DNA from: Thalia democratica
Lineage: Eukaryota
Length of the DNA stretch: 64,000 nt
NCBI GenBank assembly: GCA_965202585.1
Contig: OZ241832.1
Span: 41,230,001 to 41,294,000 of the forward strand
Direction of reading: 5' to 3'
Shown here: positions 1-14,400 of the stretch, piece after piece
Layout: each line of letters starts with the position of its first letter
How positions within the stretch are numbered: position 1 is the stretch's first letter
Program-made: the position numbers and the translations under genes
The notes under the pieces: generated by a model
The model's input: the letters and a program-made list of their open reading frames with translations, nothing else
Database searches by the model: none
Told to the model about the DNA's origin: nothing

Positions 1-681
1 AAATCTATTTATACGATGACAACAAACTGAAATCACTAGTAAGTATAATGAGTTTACTGCAACGAACTTTTGTTTATTTTAAGTGTAAAAAATAAAAATA
101 AAAACTGTTTGATTTTTTTAAGTACTGTTTTAAACTTAAGTGTATAAGATTCAATTTTGTTTGTTGATTACAAAAAAGACATAAAATTGATTTTTTTTTG
201 AAAAGTAAAGGTATGTAATCCTAAATTTAATAATTATTGGTAGCGTCTACTAATGTTGGTAATATCAATGTTGGATTAATTTTCGAATAAAAACATAAGT
301 TGTACTCCTTAGAAAAATGTTAAAGTTTAAATAAACAATTCACGTATAAACTATATAAATATTTAAATGAACCTATAAAAAATCACACACCCAAAAAGGT
401 ATTAAAGTATAATTAAAAAGCTTCTGACAATATTTAAGATAATTTAACTATTCTTTTGACTATTGAATTATATACTTACTTTTATACACATGTTAGCTTA
501 TAGTAGATATTTTTTTCTAAACCTAACGTGGAAATTAACCTATAAAGGAAGTCATAAACAAAAAAAGAGTACTAAATATTGTAATATTTCGTATATATTT
601 ACAGTACTGAAATTAATATAATTGTAATTAAGTTTCTTCATATTCAAAGCTGTTTTTTTCTAACTAAATATTAAACTTTAG

Positions 682-1332
682 AGTAACAGTGAAACTAGTA
701 TCAAAGATTTTGATGTCAGTGAAAATAGTGTTGTTACATGTGATGGAAAGTTGTTGAAAATGTGGAAAGTAGTTAATAATCAGGTTTTATAAATTAAACA
801 ACAAATTAAAATTAAATAGAAAGTGTAATTTAAAAAAAAGAATATTATTAGTAGTTATATTTTAGTTTCATTATTTAAACCCTGCTAAGCAATAAATAGT
901 AGTTAAAATGTTTAAAAATGTTTTATTTTATTTATTAAATATTTGTCACATTTTTTAAAGTAATTTTCAAAACTATATATTCTTTTAGCTTGGTATTGAA
1001 CTCTTTTTAAGTAATTTTTTTTATCATGTTATATTAATTTTCATTCTGTACAAAACTTAATATCTCATGATTAAGATGGCATTATATTTGAGCTATGTTT
1101 TTTAACAGTTTTCCTGTTAAAAAAATATTCTATTACTACTGTGTTCTAATTAATTTACAACATTGTACTCATCGCTAAAATGAAATATTTACAGTTGAAA
1201 CAAGTTGGACAGTTTCTATCTGAAAGCACTATTGTGTGTGTGAGTTTCCTGAATAAAGATTTTATAATTTATGGAAATGTTATTGGTTCGATAAGTGTTA
1301 TTAAATGCTCTTCGTCTTATTTCGTTATTTGA
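682..1332 (+). CDS. Probable last two coding exons of a WD40-repeat protein (gene starts upstream of the window)
   Basis: Exon 682-768 (tttag|...|gtagtt, 29 codons, SNSETSIKDFDVSENSVVTCDGKLLKMWK) splices in phase 0 to exon 1195-1332 (tttacag|LKQVGQFLSESTIVCVSFLNKDFIIYGNVIGSISVIKCSSSYFVI*). Both read as WD40 beta-strand patterns. Upstream exons not resolved. Confidence 0.5.
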
Positions 1333-1907
1333 AGTTTTCCATCGAATTTACACTTTTATCCAAAAACATAGTGTTTGTACTGAAATATATTTTTGTTGAA
1401 CTGTAAATTCTGAATCAGCTTTTATCAATTCATCATAGAATCACATAAAAGTTGCAATTTAATAAAGGTTATACTAATTTGCAATACTGTTATTTTTTAG
1501 TTTGTTTTTCTACCATTAAGTTGTAATATTATACACATTCCATCTTTTGAGTATTATGTTTGCTAATACTGAAAAATTTGTTTTAAAAATTGTTATACTT
1601 CTGTTTCACGTGAATCTTTCTCAAAGTGTAAAATAAAAGTTAAGATTTTTGCAAATTTCATTTTCTCTATGTTATTTTTCTACACTTCGTAATTTTTTTA
1701 TTTTTTTGATCTTTAAGCTTAAATTTTATTTTAGAAGAAAAAACCCAATGTATGTACTTAAAATTAGTTGTTAGTAAAACAAAAACTTAAATGTATCAAA
1801 AACTAACATCCTTATCTTTTTTATAAGTTAGAATACAATGTTTTGATAATTTTTTCAGGTGAATAAAAACCAATAATTTTTAGATTTTTCTATTCGTACT
1901 GAAAGTA

Positions 1908-2041
1908 TAGACTGCACTGAACGTCCATCAACAATTTGCGAGACAGCCTTCTGCCATTTTCGTCGTATAAGAAGTCGTTAGCCTAATAATGATGAAACCA
2001 GTAGTAGATTGTCTTGAAAAATTTTGATGCGGTGCAGTCTA
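1908..2041. mobile_element. Small MITE with TAGACTGCAC terminal inverted repeats
   Basis: Left TAGACTGCACTG, right end CGGTGCAGTCTA; a related degenerate copy at about 44776-44888. Confidence 0.55.
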
Positions 2042-4367
2042 GTGTTGATTATGTAACAGCGAAAACATTTCAGCCTTGCTGAAGACCTTCAAAAAATTGC
2101 CACTAGCCTATTGAAACTAGTATTTTACTAAATCTGGCCATAACTTGACAAAGTCCGGATCTAACTAAAATTTTCCGACTAAATCTGGATCTAACCAAGT
2201 TAATTTTTATTTTGTTTCAGCTGGGTCTTGATCTTAAAACATGATCCTATCAGGTTTCCATTTAGTCCAGAATTTAAATAACAGATCATTAGCTGACAAA
2301 GCTTTTTTATTTCGTTATTATGTTTTATAATGAATATTTCTAATCTTCATAAAAACAAACTATACTGTAATCTTCCTTTATTGTACCAAAATATGTTTCT
2401 GTGTGTTGATTCGTTAACACACAGAAACCTGTGTTGGTACATTAAAGGAAGATAACTGAATAAATTGTTTTTATTTATATTTCAGTAAACTTGTTTCACT
2501 AGGACCTTTTGTTAGCAAACGATTAAATCAATATTTTGAACAGTTTTTTCTAATCTTCAAGATTTAATTTCGTTACAATGCTTGTACGTAAACTAAACCT
2601 ATATGTCACAATATATAAACTGACTAATACTGACGCAGCGTGATATTCGTTAATTCAAAATAAAATAAAGTATTATTTCAAACTGATATATGGGACCATA
2701 CCACTTGTTTTAAAGCAGATAACGACAGCTTTTTATTAGGTTGAACAGAATATATATTAATTTTTAAATCCGATGATTGATGAAATACAAATATATACTA
2801 TCATATGTTAATGATAACTTTAATATTAGAGTATGTTCTTAATTGAATGTTTTCAGATAGCAGGTATATTGGTTAAGTACATATTTAGAGTTTTTATTCC
2901 TTAATAGATAAGTAGTAGGCAAGTTAAACAGATAAAAAGTAGACTTTGCTTATCTGATCGTAGTCAAAAGAATTACTACTAAGTTATCAGACTTGAAACG
3001 AACACTAATTATAATCTTAATATTAAAACTGACAATATCAATTAAGATTGATTACGTCAATTTTAACGAATTACCCACAAACAAAAACTAGTACCTAAGC
3101 AAGTTTTCTTTGACTGAACGGTTTCTCGTGAATATTTCTTTCTGTTGAGATCTATTACTCTTCATTTCATTATTAGCAGTAATGGAGTAAAAAGAGAGAT
3201 TACTATTTTAAAGATTTTTGTTTATTAAGGTTATACATTTTTCTTTAAGTGTTTGTTCTTGTACAGTTTTTTTATAATGAACAACACATTTAAAAACAAT
3301 GACTAAAATCTGTTCCAAAGACCTTAGAAGTAAGTGTTAGTTTTTTTTTCACATAGTCTTATGTATAGTTGAAAAGGGCCTGCCAATTGAGAAAAAGCAG
3401 TGATCTCTTGTGTTTTTTAAAAACTTTTACTTCTTATAAAGAGTTTTTCTTGTTGTAAAACCGAGATTTTTCAGAACCAACTTTACAAAAAGCAATGTAT
3501 AGTGTTTAGAATTTCCGGCAGTAATATTGTTTTATTGAACGATTTAAAAAGCGCTCAAAAGTCTTGGTTTAGAACCTGGTATACAAAGGAACTTTACGGA
3601 TTGAGTCGTACGCCAAGTGCTAAATAATTTCTTACGAGCTACTTCACATAATTTTATCATCTAAATATTTAAATCTTTAGTAAAAAAACAATGAATTAAA
3701 AGAAATTTAAAAAAAATTCCTAAGCAAAAAATTAACTGAATCTTTTGTTTAAATGTACTTAAAAACTTTTCTAATAACATAAGAACTAAAAAAATACATA
3801 TTTAACATGAAATAAACTTTAAAAAAGAGATAAATATTACTAACATGTGAATGCTTGAATGTTAGGTTACAACTTATTTAAAGAAGTTAAAAATGTAATA
3901 CGCTGAAATACTTAAACATTAAATTTTCTTTTTATTAAATAATTCAACTTAAACAGTAAAATTAAATATACATTTGAATAGACTAATATATAATTTTTTA
4001 ATAATTTTAAAGGTCTGAGTGCTACATAACTGAACTTGACTTTCATAAATGAAAATATAAAGATAAGTACTAAAACATTAATACACATGAGAAAAAAAAC
4101 AATAATAATATTAGCAACAACAAGTAGGATTTGAAATAATAAAAATATTTAAATTCTACTGCCAGGAATCTTTTAACACTAAACACAGTGCTTTTCACAA
4201 AGTGTATTCAAAAGTTTCCATGATTATAGAAACTTGTTTTCATACTCCTCTATAATATCTGTATTTGATTTATTTAGTGATACTTATTTTATAGTCCTTC
4301 AAAAAATTAACATATTGTAAGAACAAAAAGTTAACTAATTTTTAAGAGAATGTAAAAACTATTCGGT

Positions 4368-4745
4368 AAAATGGGATCTGTCCTGGACAAGACGTAAACT
4401 GTATTCAAGTGGTATACGATTCGATAACCAAAAAGTTTTACACCAAGTTCATGGACCAAACTTTTTGAGCTTTTTTTGTCGTTCAATAATCAATATATAT
4501 CTAAACCTAAAAATAACAGTCAAAATAAACTTTTTTTTATTTAATTTTTAAACTATGGTACTGATGTGATTAGAGTTAAAAATAAAAACTTTAAACGCGT
4601 TATAACAAATTTAGAACATTACAACTTAAAAGTCCTAGGCATGACGTTAAGCTGTTCTGGTGTATGACTCGATAACCAAAAGTATTTTTGTACACCAGGT
4701 CCACAGACCAAACCTTTTGAGCGTATTTATTTTGTCGTTCAATAA
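4368..4745. repeat. Two copies of an ~120-bp interspersed repeat (CTGGAC...CGATAACCAAAA...TGTCGTTCAATAA)
   Basis: Copies at about 4370-4490 and 4630-4745; further copies at about 15310-15430 and, inverted, at about 29275-29345. Confidence 0.6.
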
Positions 4746-5516
4746 GCAATAATAATAAATAGTTGTATAAAGTATTTACTAAATTTTTAACTTATATATC
4801 TATACCTTAAAATTATTATTTAAAAGCTTATAAAAGTATAACACGACATGAGTTAAAATACAAAATTATATTATTTTCTATGTACTTTAATTCATAGCTA
4901 TCCTGATTGATTGATAGCTGCAATTTTTTTATGCAATGCTTTTTTTTTTTAATCAGAGCTTTATTTTACTAAAAAAAGCTGAGGTTAACTTTTGTTATAG
5001 TTAATAATACTGTACCCTTCTTAAACTACCTATCTTGTTCTCCCAATATTTTTCCTTTTTGTTCTCTTCACAAAATTATTTTCATGATAAAATTAATTAG
5101 AACAGCAAAGTTCACTAACTATTAAAACCACTCGTAATTTTTATTTGTTTACAGCAATAAACTTCATCAGAGTTACAGCTTATTACTTGATATAAATATT
5201 ATATAATATTTTTGGGCTGTTTTTACTAAAAAAAATAAATGTATTACCACGAAGCAACGTTTTTACTATTTAAAACTATTTATAGCAAAAGAAGCCTAAT
5301 TGAAGACGAAAACCGTTTAAAATTAAAATAAATGATTTATTTTAAAGTTAATTACTATAACATATATATTTATTTATTTATTTTGCATTACTAATTTAAA
5401 AGCAAAGATAAATTATTTTTCAAAATTAAGTGTTCAGAAATAGTATAAGAATAATGTAGTTTAAATAGGCTAGACTTTGTTTTTTTATTTAAAGCTATTT
5501 ACCAATCCTAAATTAA

Positions 5517-8500
5517 TCATCTTTTTCTCAGCGACAGTCTCTTGATCCTATTAAACGAAGTATTGAGCTTCTTATAAAGCAAAAGTTCAACTTTGGAATA
5601 CAACACCGGGTTGAGCAAACTGTTGATTGGTAGGAGTACAATTGAGGATATCGAGTGAGCGATTCCGGGTATTTCGTATCCTGAAAGTCCGAGGAAGGAC
5701 ATAATGATGATTGGCAGCCAACACACCACATCCGTTGCCACAACCAAGAAGACTCTCACAAACATGGTCTTTTCATTTCGTACCGTTTTTTCTTTAAAGC
5801 GCTTTTCGACTTTTTTGCGTTGCATGCCTCTAAAGATTAATGCGTACCCTACGCAAATAAAAATAATTATAAGAAAGTTGAAGCTTAGGAGGGCCGCTGA
5901 AAATCTTGAAGCTAAAAAAGATTTTGAAAAGAAATCAGGCAAGCACACGGATGATGAGCTGTAAAATCCAAAAGTTTTTTTCGCTTCGATGTTTAGCGCA
6001 GGAACTATGCTTTCTGTTTCGTAATCATCATCATAACCTAAATGAAATATCAACACTTCCGGAAAATTATCAGTGCCGTTTGTTTTATATATTTTTCTAA
6101 AGTTCTCAAATTTTTCAATAATGTTTTGCAAAGCTTTTGGATCAATGAGACGTTCCACCATTTTGTTTTTTAAGTAGATATGCTTTGAGATGACGTACTT
6201 TTGGATAAACTGTCTTTTTAAAACTACCGGTGTCAAAGATAAAACTAAAGACAAACTCCAACAAAAAAGTACAAGGATGTAAACTTTGTAAGGTTTGATG
6301 TCTAAGCTTCCGTAAGGTTTGTAAACGGTGTACAATCGGAAACTTGTCACTAACAAAAGTATCAGCAGAGAAGTTTCGGATGAAAGTAATGTTAATATAC
6401 CAACTACATCACATCCTACACTCGAACGCCATTCTAAATTTTTAGCGCAATACTCACCGGAAAACTGCTTTGATTTAAAAGTAATGAAAGTCAAAACTAG
6501 TCCTAACAGTATGTCTGACAAAGCTAAATTGATGATAAAAAGTAAGTTATAAAACTTTATGGAGTGCTTGCTTTGAACTCTTTTTATTTTATTTATGTTT
6601 TTAACAATTACTATTGAGTTCAAAACGACGATGCTTATAGAAACGACCCAAATAAAATTTCGAAGGTAAGAGTTTTTGATCATTTCTTTATCAGAGCTGA
6701 AAGAATTTTCTTTACACTCGTCAGACTGATCGGAACAATCTAGCTCATTGTCGCCTACTTTTTCTTTTCTAATTGACACTGGGCTTCCTTTGGTGCAATT
6801 AAAATGCGTTTCGCTGGAACAGTACTTCTCATCCGACTCGTCAGAGCAATCGATGTTGAAGTCGCATACTTTTTTTATGCCAATTAATTCATAAGTGTAG
6901 GAGTTGTTGTTTTCACACAAAAACAGCCAGGGGCATCTTAAAAAATTATCTTTGCAAATTTCGTACGGAGAAGGAGTTATTTTAAGAGAAACTTTATTTA
7001 TATTATCGATAAACTTGCTTGATCCATTAGGGAAATTGAAGTAAGAGACAAGTGGTTTAGTTTTACTGAACTCATTTTTTAGAATAACGCTTAGTGTTGT
7101 CCCTTGGTAAACATATCTTTCTGTTTCTTCGAATTGGTTAGCTTGATTCATTCCGTACCGTGAAAAAGTTGTGTTTTGCGGAAATAAGAAGCTGAAGCAA
7201 AAAGGAAACTTGTCCATATTAAAACATTCTCCGGAGCATTCGTCTTCTCTAAACGGACATTCATACTTTAAGTTGCAAGTAATATGTTCAGTTTTTGAAG
7301 AATTCGTTGTTTGATCTTCATGCACCCATGACTTTTTGAGAAGACTAGGAGTCTTGTTCAAAGCAGTTTTACCTTTTGCACATTTATGACTTTTTGTTAA
7401 GGGTCCACTTATTAATTCTGTTTCGAGCTCGTAGGGACTCAAAATTTCATGACTGCAGTACTTTTCATCTAGAGAATTAAATAAGTCTATATTCAAATCA
7501 CAAATTTGATTAAACGATAGCCCGTTTGCTTTATTGAAGTCTTTTGATAATTTTTTGCACAAATTTTCTGTTTTAGAATCTTCACAACTACATTCGTCTG
7601 ACAAATCCATACAATCGAAAATTCCGTCACAAATTTGCGAACTTAGAACTATTGTACCGTCAACACACGACGAACAAAATGAAGAAAATTTTCCTGTCTG
7701 ATCAAAGCACTTATCTTCATGATGCTTGCAATAACTTTCGTTAGAAGAAGCTCTTCTAGGCTGTGGAACAACTTTTCTACGAAACCCATAATCTTCTATC
7801 AAGTGGTCAGATAAACATTTCAAACCAAATATAAGCTCTGAAATCAACTTTTTCCCGTATTTATAAATATCTTCATTGCTAGAGTTAACATGACGTTCTA
7901 AATCTCCGCTGTCTCCTAAAAGACTAAGCCAAGTTGCAATATAAACTTCACTGTTTGGTTTGTTAACTCTGTACATAGTAGGGTGTTTACAGTATTCTAT
8001 TTCATCACTACCGTCAATGCAATTTTGAACGCCGTCGCACAAAAACCTTTTTGGTAAACATTTGCTTTTGTCTAAGCACAAAAACGATGAGCTTCCAAAA
8101 CACTGCTCTAAAAATGTAGTTTCGTCCAAGTTTGAGTTGCAGTCTTTCGTGCCGTCCCGTATCATGTGCGTAGGAATGCACCTGTTATGTACTGAAAGAC
8201 CATTATAATTTTCGGAAATGCATCTCAGTTCCTCTGGGTAGCAAGGGAAATTTTCAACACCCTCGTCAGACTGGTCGTCGCAGTGCATTAAAACGTCATT
8301 TACAGCACTTCTCGCGACGCATTGGCTTGACTTGCACCTGTACTCTGTTTTCAAATCGCATTCGATCGTTTGTCCGTCTACGTTGACCTGTAAAAATATA
8401 AAATTTTACTCTTTTAACAGAAAACAATGCTTTTTTTATTAAAAAATCTAAAGAAAGCTTTAAATAGTTTTACTTGTAGAACTATATAAAGTGAATGAAT

Positions 8501-9737
8501 ACTAATTTTATTAGATTTCTGATTTGTATTTTACCTTTACAATAAAGTTTTGTTTATATTTTAGCCTTAATTTGTTTATTTTTTGAGTCTGAAAACATTT
8601 AATAAACTTATACTTTTGAATTATGTTGAACTATTCGGAATGCAATCTCAACAAAGTCACTTGAACCATCATCAGAAATAATAGCAAATGTTGTCATGTT
8701 ACCTTTTCTGTTAACAGCTTCAACTACGTTGGTGGATAAGCCAGTTTCGTAATCATCTAAAATTCTAAGGCATCTAATCAATATAAAACATTTTTAAACT
8801 GTTCACAGTTTTTTTTTTGATGTAGTTATCTTACAAAATTAAAACTATTTTGAATACGTTACTACTTAAAACAGTCTAAATATTTCATTGGTGAAATAAT
8901 TCGCTAATCATCAAACAAATGAATGAAATATTTAGACTTTTGTAAGTACATTGTAAGAAATAAACTATGTTAAAACTACCTATAGTTTAGAAATTTTCTT
9001 TTAGCTTTAAAATCTTGAAGAATTATTGAATGATCATCACATAGATACTTTGAATAGTTTGCACAAGCAATATGTGTAAATTTGTAACTAACACAAACTT
9101 TGTGATTATAAGAATTTTCACATTCATATTCGCTGTTTGTGCATTTTCTTTTATGTATAAAATTTTCAAGATCTGTTTTAAAAAATTACAAATCTTAATA
9201 ATAGTTTTATACTCAGGTTGAAAAACTATAAGTTTTACGTATCATTAATATTTACTAAATGAAACTCAATAGGTGTGCTTTAGAGAGTTAACATGATGAA
9301 AACTATATAACTACTTTTTTGTATTAAACAAAAAAAAACTTAGATATTTAATAACCAAAAGTATTTAAGAAATTATCATAATTAAAATCACGTTTTTTCG
9401 GTTTTTTAGTACATATTATTTTTCAGCTAAGTTGTGTATTAAATCAAAAGTAAATTCAAAAACATAATATTAACATAATGTACAACTTAGACTATTAAAC
9501 ATTATTTTTATATAATTTACTGGTAGCATAAAAAAATGTGTTTCTAGTATGATAAGACACATCTTTTAAAAAGCTTGCTTAGGGTTTTTTTTAATTTAAT
9601 ATTTTTATAATTTTATAATTTTATTGAAAAAAAATTGAACATCAACCAAACAGATGAGCAGAAACTTACTTTTCTGTGGGTTGGAAAGTTTAATGCGTAT
9701 TTTTTTACTAGACGTTTCTTGACCTTCAAAATTAATC
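5517..9737 (-). CDS. LDLa-repeat rhodopsin-class GPCR (LGR/RXFP/GRL101-related 7TM) without leucine-rich repeats; 5' end not resolved
   Basis: Phase-compatible exons with GT/AG ends: 9737-9670, 9172-8980, 8773-8614, 8387-5517. About 6-8 LDLa-like modules (e.g. CLPKRFLCDGVQNCIDGSDE, CDFNIDCSDESDE), then a 7TM with LGR-type motifs NLALSD, SSETSLLIL, SVCLP, TDVVCWLP, LPINSLLNPVLY. The ORF-track start at 8354 lies inside an exon. Confidence 0.9.
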
Positions 9738-10787
9738 CTAATTGAAGAAATAAAAGGAAAAAATGCATATATAGTTAAATAATGTAAATTTTGCATATTT
9801 TGACGGAAGTTTTAAACTTATCTGCTTTTAAAGATAAAAAATCTAAAAAGTATAAGATTTAGATCAAAAGACAATGTTATACTTTTAAGTATCAAATTAA
9901 TCTAGAATATTTTACTAATTAACATTGTTTAAACTAATGCGTTCTTTTCAACATTATCCAAAACAAGCGTTTCCGCTGTTTTGCTAGTGGACAATGCATT
10001 ATACGTTGCACGACAATTAGTTAAGATGACTTCACTGATGATATAAGTAAACAGTGGCTTTGTGGTAAAATATTATAATAGTTTGTAGATTAAAGACTAT
10101 AGTTTTCTTCAACAACAGCGAATGAAAAGTTCTAAGAAGAACAAAACTAGGGTCTTTGTCTACTGAGAGCTATTTTATGATGATTAAAGTAATATGATCA
10201 AAACTTGTTATAATAAGTAAGTTGTTGGTAGATAATCTATAAAAAAAAGTAGGGTAATTTGGTAGACTGCATTTTTTATCAAAAAATTCAACAGCTTGTA
10301 ATCATTCAAATAATATTTTTTAAATCATAAATAGCATTGTTCAGCTAGTATGTTTTTAACAATTTTAATAAAGAAGTTAATAAAATTATGTACAAAATAA
10401 AAATACCAAGAAAAAATGTATCTCATTCTAAATCTCAAATATAAATATTAATATTTTCTAACAAGTTTGTTGAACACGAAATAACTATCTGTTCTAATAA
10501 ACATAAAAAGAAAAACTTTGCTCAAGAAGCATTATGTAAAAAAAACTTCGAAAAATGAGTGAAACACCACTCATTAATTTTAACTTGTTGAGCTATATAC
10601 AACAAACAAACTTCAACAGTATAAATTTTAATTTAAGAAAAAAACTTCCCAATTTAAATTTATTATAAGATAGTATATGACATAACTTAAAAATAGTTAA
10701 GCTATGATAAAAAATTATTTATAAATCTGCTTTGAGACAAAAAAAACTGGTATTTTAACTTATTATTAATGGTCTAACGCAACCAAC

Positions 10788-10892
10788 GATCTGGATCCAG
10801 CCAGGTAATATCTTTTTGGATCCGGATCTGGCGGGTTATTAATTCTAAAAGATATCCGGATCCGAAACTTGAGGATCCGGTAGATCACTAGC
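10788..10892. mobile_element. MITE end rich in (A)TCCGGAT motifs, terminating in GTAGATCACTA
   Basis: Clustered GGATCC/CCGGAT motifs; the same family at about 13097-13254 (ends GGTAGATCACTA) and about 2130-2292. Confidence 0.5.
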
Positions 10893-10991
10893 TAAAGTTT
10901 TATATTAAATTAATTAATTTTGGATACTACTGGTCAAATATTAGCATTATGTTTAACACTTATGTAACTTGTTTGACATTGTTTTACTTAT

Positions 10992-11458
10992 TGAAACGGG
11001 TCAAATATGCACGAAGAAACTTTTTCACGAAGGGTCACTTTCGAACGAGGGTTCATTTTTGCACTAAGACACTTTTGCACGGAGGGCCACTTTTGCATGA
11101 AGAGTAATTTCTTTACAAAAGTTAAAAAATTCATATATAAATAAAAAAGTAATAAAAAAAAACAATAAAAAATATATGTATTTAAAAACAAAAACAACAA
11201 AAAAAACAAGTTACCGACCAACAGTAAGGATTGATAGTAAAAGTAAAAAAGATAAAAGAAAAAAAATGTCAAAAAAAATAGAAAAATGAATTAATTAATA
11301 AAATAAACAAAAGAAGAAAAAGAAAGCCACCGACCGAGGGTTAGGAGTAACAATGTGGGTAAAAATTAAATAAAAATTTCAACCCGTGCAAAAGTGTCTT
11401 TGTGAAAAAGTGACCCTTCGTGCAAAATAGACTCTTCGTGCTTATTTGACTCCTACCC
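10992..11458. mobile_element. Mutator-like MITE with subterminal ~17-nt repeat arrays
   Basis: Inverted ends GGGTCAAATATGCACGAAGA / TCTTCGTGCTTATTTGACTC; degenerate 9-bp flanks tttacttat / attatttat; same family as 58225-58778. Confidence 0.65.
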
Positions 11459-14400
11459 ATTATTTATAGTGTTGAGAACATTTTAAAACTTCTAAATATT
11501 AAAAATAAAATATGATAGTAAGTTTAAAATCTTAAAGTGTTACAAAAAATATAAGACGTAAAAATACTGAATAAAATAGTTTTACATCCATAATGAAGTT
11601 TCGATAGAGAACAATAAGTAGTTTTAAAATGTTTAATGAGTTTATTTAAAGGAGACATTAATTACTATGCCTAAAGATCTTTAAACTTTTAAATTAGCAG
11701 ATTAGGTTTAATAACAACGAAAGTAGTTATCAGAGATTTGTAGAAATTATAAGCTTAAAAGTTTAAAGTTATTTTTTTAAAGTTATTTATTAACAATAAT
11801 ATTGGCTAAACCACAAAAAAATCTAAATTTGGCAGAAAGTAATTAATTCTAATGGTGTTTCGATTAAGGTTTTTGTTCAGCTGACCACTTTTTTGGTTAA
11901 TTGTTTAACTAGTATAGTGTTTTTTCTTGAACAATAAGAGAAAATCGCACAAAAAGTTTGCTTTAAGGACCTGGTGTATTTTCGGTTATCGATTTGTATT
12001 AAGAATTTTTTGGGAATATTGGTTCTTCGTTTAACCAGGAAAAATGGAATTGTTATCTTTTGTTTCATATATTTGTTAAGTACAAATTGTTTTCTCTAAA
12101 AATACAGTCAAAAGCCGGATAATACCTGCATGCCTTTGTCTACCCTTATTCTATAACAATCTTGTTTGACTAAAAATTAATAAGCTTAATTAATATTCAA
12201 GATTAAAAACAAATTTTACAGTAAATTTTATTAAGTTTTCAGTTTATAACAGCATAATTTAGTTTCATACCGACACCAATACACTATTTTGCAACGAATT
12301 TATTAAAATTGTTTGTAAGAATTAGTTCTAAAGGAATATGACCTTTTGGTCATAAAATTGTCTTACGGAATACTAGCATTTCGAACTTAAACCATTCTTA
12401 AACTTTGCACTCCTGTACAAACATTGGATGGAAGTCGTATAACTCGAAAACTAAAAAAAGACCTATCTATATTTTCTTCTTGGACTAGAGTACATAAAAA
12501 AGAGAATCTAAGAAAAAAGTTAAGTTATTTATAATTTTAGACACAAGACATGGCTTTCATGGTTTTCGGAAGAAAAATTTAGAAGAACATTTACGTTTTC
12601 TTTTCTGAAACTAAACAGTTTACGAAAATAAAAAAGTTTCTAAAGTTTTTAGTTTTCAACAACTATCTAAATTTTTAACCTCAAGCTCTTTTTCGACGTG
12701 AAATAAACTATACACGCTCTTGGTAGTCTCAGTCTACCGAGAACTTGCGTTCTGATGGTCTAAATTGCATTATCAATACTTTATTTTAACTTGAGTTTGC
12801 TTCACGACACATTAAAGTCCAAGCATTAGCTCTGATGACTTTTGCCGCTGTTTACCTTGATTTTTATGTTTTACAATTTGTATAAATATGTTTTTTATAC
12901 TTTCTTTTTGATTTTTATTAGTTTAATTAAACTAAAAGAGTTTAACGAAAAGTATACAACAGTTAATAAAAAGTAAAACTTATTTAATTTCAAATAAAAA
13001 TGGTTGATCATTATCGCAACTAGTTGTTTTAGCTAAATTAAACTCTCACTTAAGTGCGTTTTTTAAACTTTAGATCAAATGTCAAGATTAAAAAAATATC
13101 CGGATTTGGCCGGACCTTAGTTTGGAAAAAATATCCGCATTCAGCCGGATTTCAATTAGGAAAAACATCCGGATCTGTATCCGAACGGTTATAAATATGA
13201 AAAAAAGATCCAGATTCGGCTGGATAGAAAATTTGTGGATCTGGTAGATCACTAATTGTTATATTTCCTAATTAAAAAATAAAAAAACATAAAACTACGT
13301 GTTTACCAAAAAACAAATTAAAACTATTGATTTTCACACCTGTAACATGCACAACATGTTTATAATTCTGAATCCTAAATAAACAAAATATAAAAAGTGT
13401 ACTAGTAGATAAAACCGAATGAAAACTATCTTAAGTAAAAATTAGTATTATTAATATTATTTTTACTTAATATCAAATTAACAAATATTTAAGTATTTAC
13501 AAATTTTAAACTTTACAAAGCTTGTAAAACTGTATTAATAGCTAAAAGTTTATACCTTTTTTAGTTTTCTTACTATCTCAAAACTATGTTATAACAACAG
13601 CTTTACAAAAAAATGTATGTTTTTTTTCTAGAAATATTTAGATACATATAGTTAAAAGTAAACTTAAAAAAAGTGTTACTTAGATTCAATGATTTTTTGT
13701 GAACAATTAAATGAATACAAGCACAATGAAATTAAGTGAGTACTTCTATTAGAAATATAAAGTTGAATCAAAGAACAATTTTTAAGAATTTAACATTAAA
13801 ATATACAACTTTTCTACTTTTTATTCACTTTAATTTTACGTTTAGAATAAAATTGTAGTTTTTGTGTTATTTCTCATAGTAAGCTGTCTACAAGCTACAA
13901 GCTGTCTACAAGTTTTTATTATTAGAAACACTTTACTTTATTTTCAATGACCTTTACGTGACATTAGACCTATCAAACTACAATAGAGTTAAATACTGTA
14001 TGAATAAAAAAACATTATAAAAAGTTTTATTGTTTTTTTTTTATTCTACGTAAACTTATAATAGCTTACTGTTTAATTTGTTATAACAAACTTTTTTTCT
14101 CATTTTTTATTTTTTAAATTTAAGTAGTACAAATTAACTTGTTTAATTTAAAAAACTTCGTTAAGGTTTTATGGGAACTTACATAGTGCAATTTTTAATT
14201 ACAAGTATACTGAATACTTAACTTATTAAGTTAGAAAATAGTTTTTAAACTTTAATGAATAAAAGTAAAAACTTGAAAAAAATATTTGAATAAGTAATTA
14301 AGCATTTTCTTTAAAACATTAATTTAAAATAGTCTTAATTTACATTTTGGCATAAATAACTTAACACGATCCTAAGTAAGGCCCACTACAAGATTCATTA

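Noticed and set aside
1-300. Possible further WD40-gene exons (IYLYDDNKLKSL|gtaagt; DSILFVDYKKDIKLI)
   Set aside because: Could not be joined with consistent phase; there is a stop next to a T homopolymer.
9930-10060. Exon-like frame PLFTYIISEVILTNCRATYNALSTSKTAETLV upstream of the GPCR
   Set aside because: Plausible acceptor but an ambiguous donor; not supportable without transcripts.
10988-11272. 94-aa hydrophobic ORF
   Set aside because: Low-complexity translation of the A-rich MITE interior.
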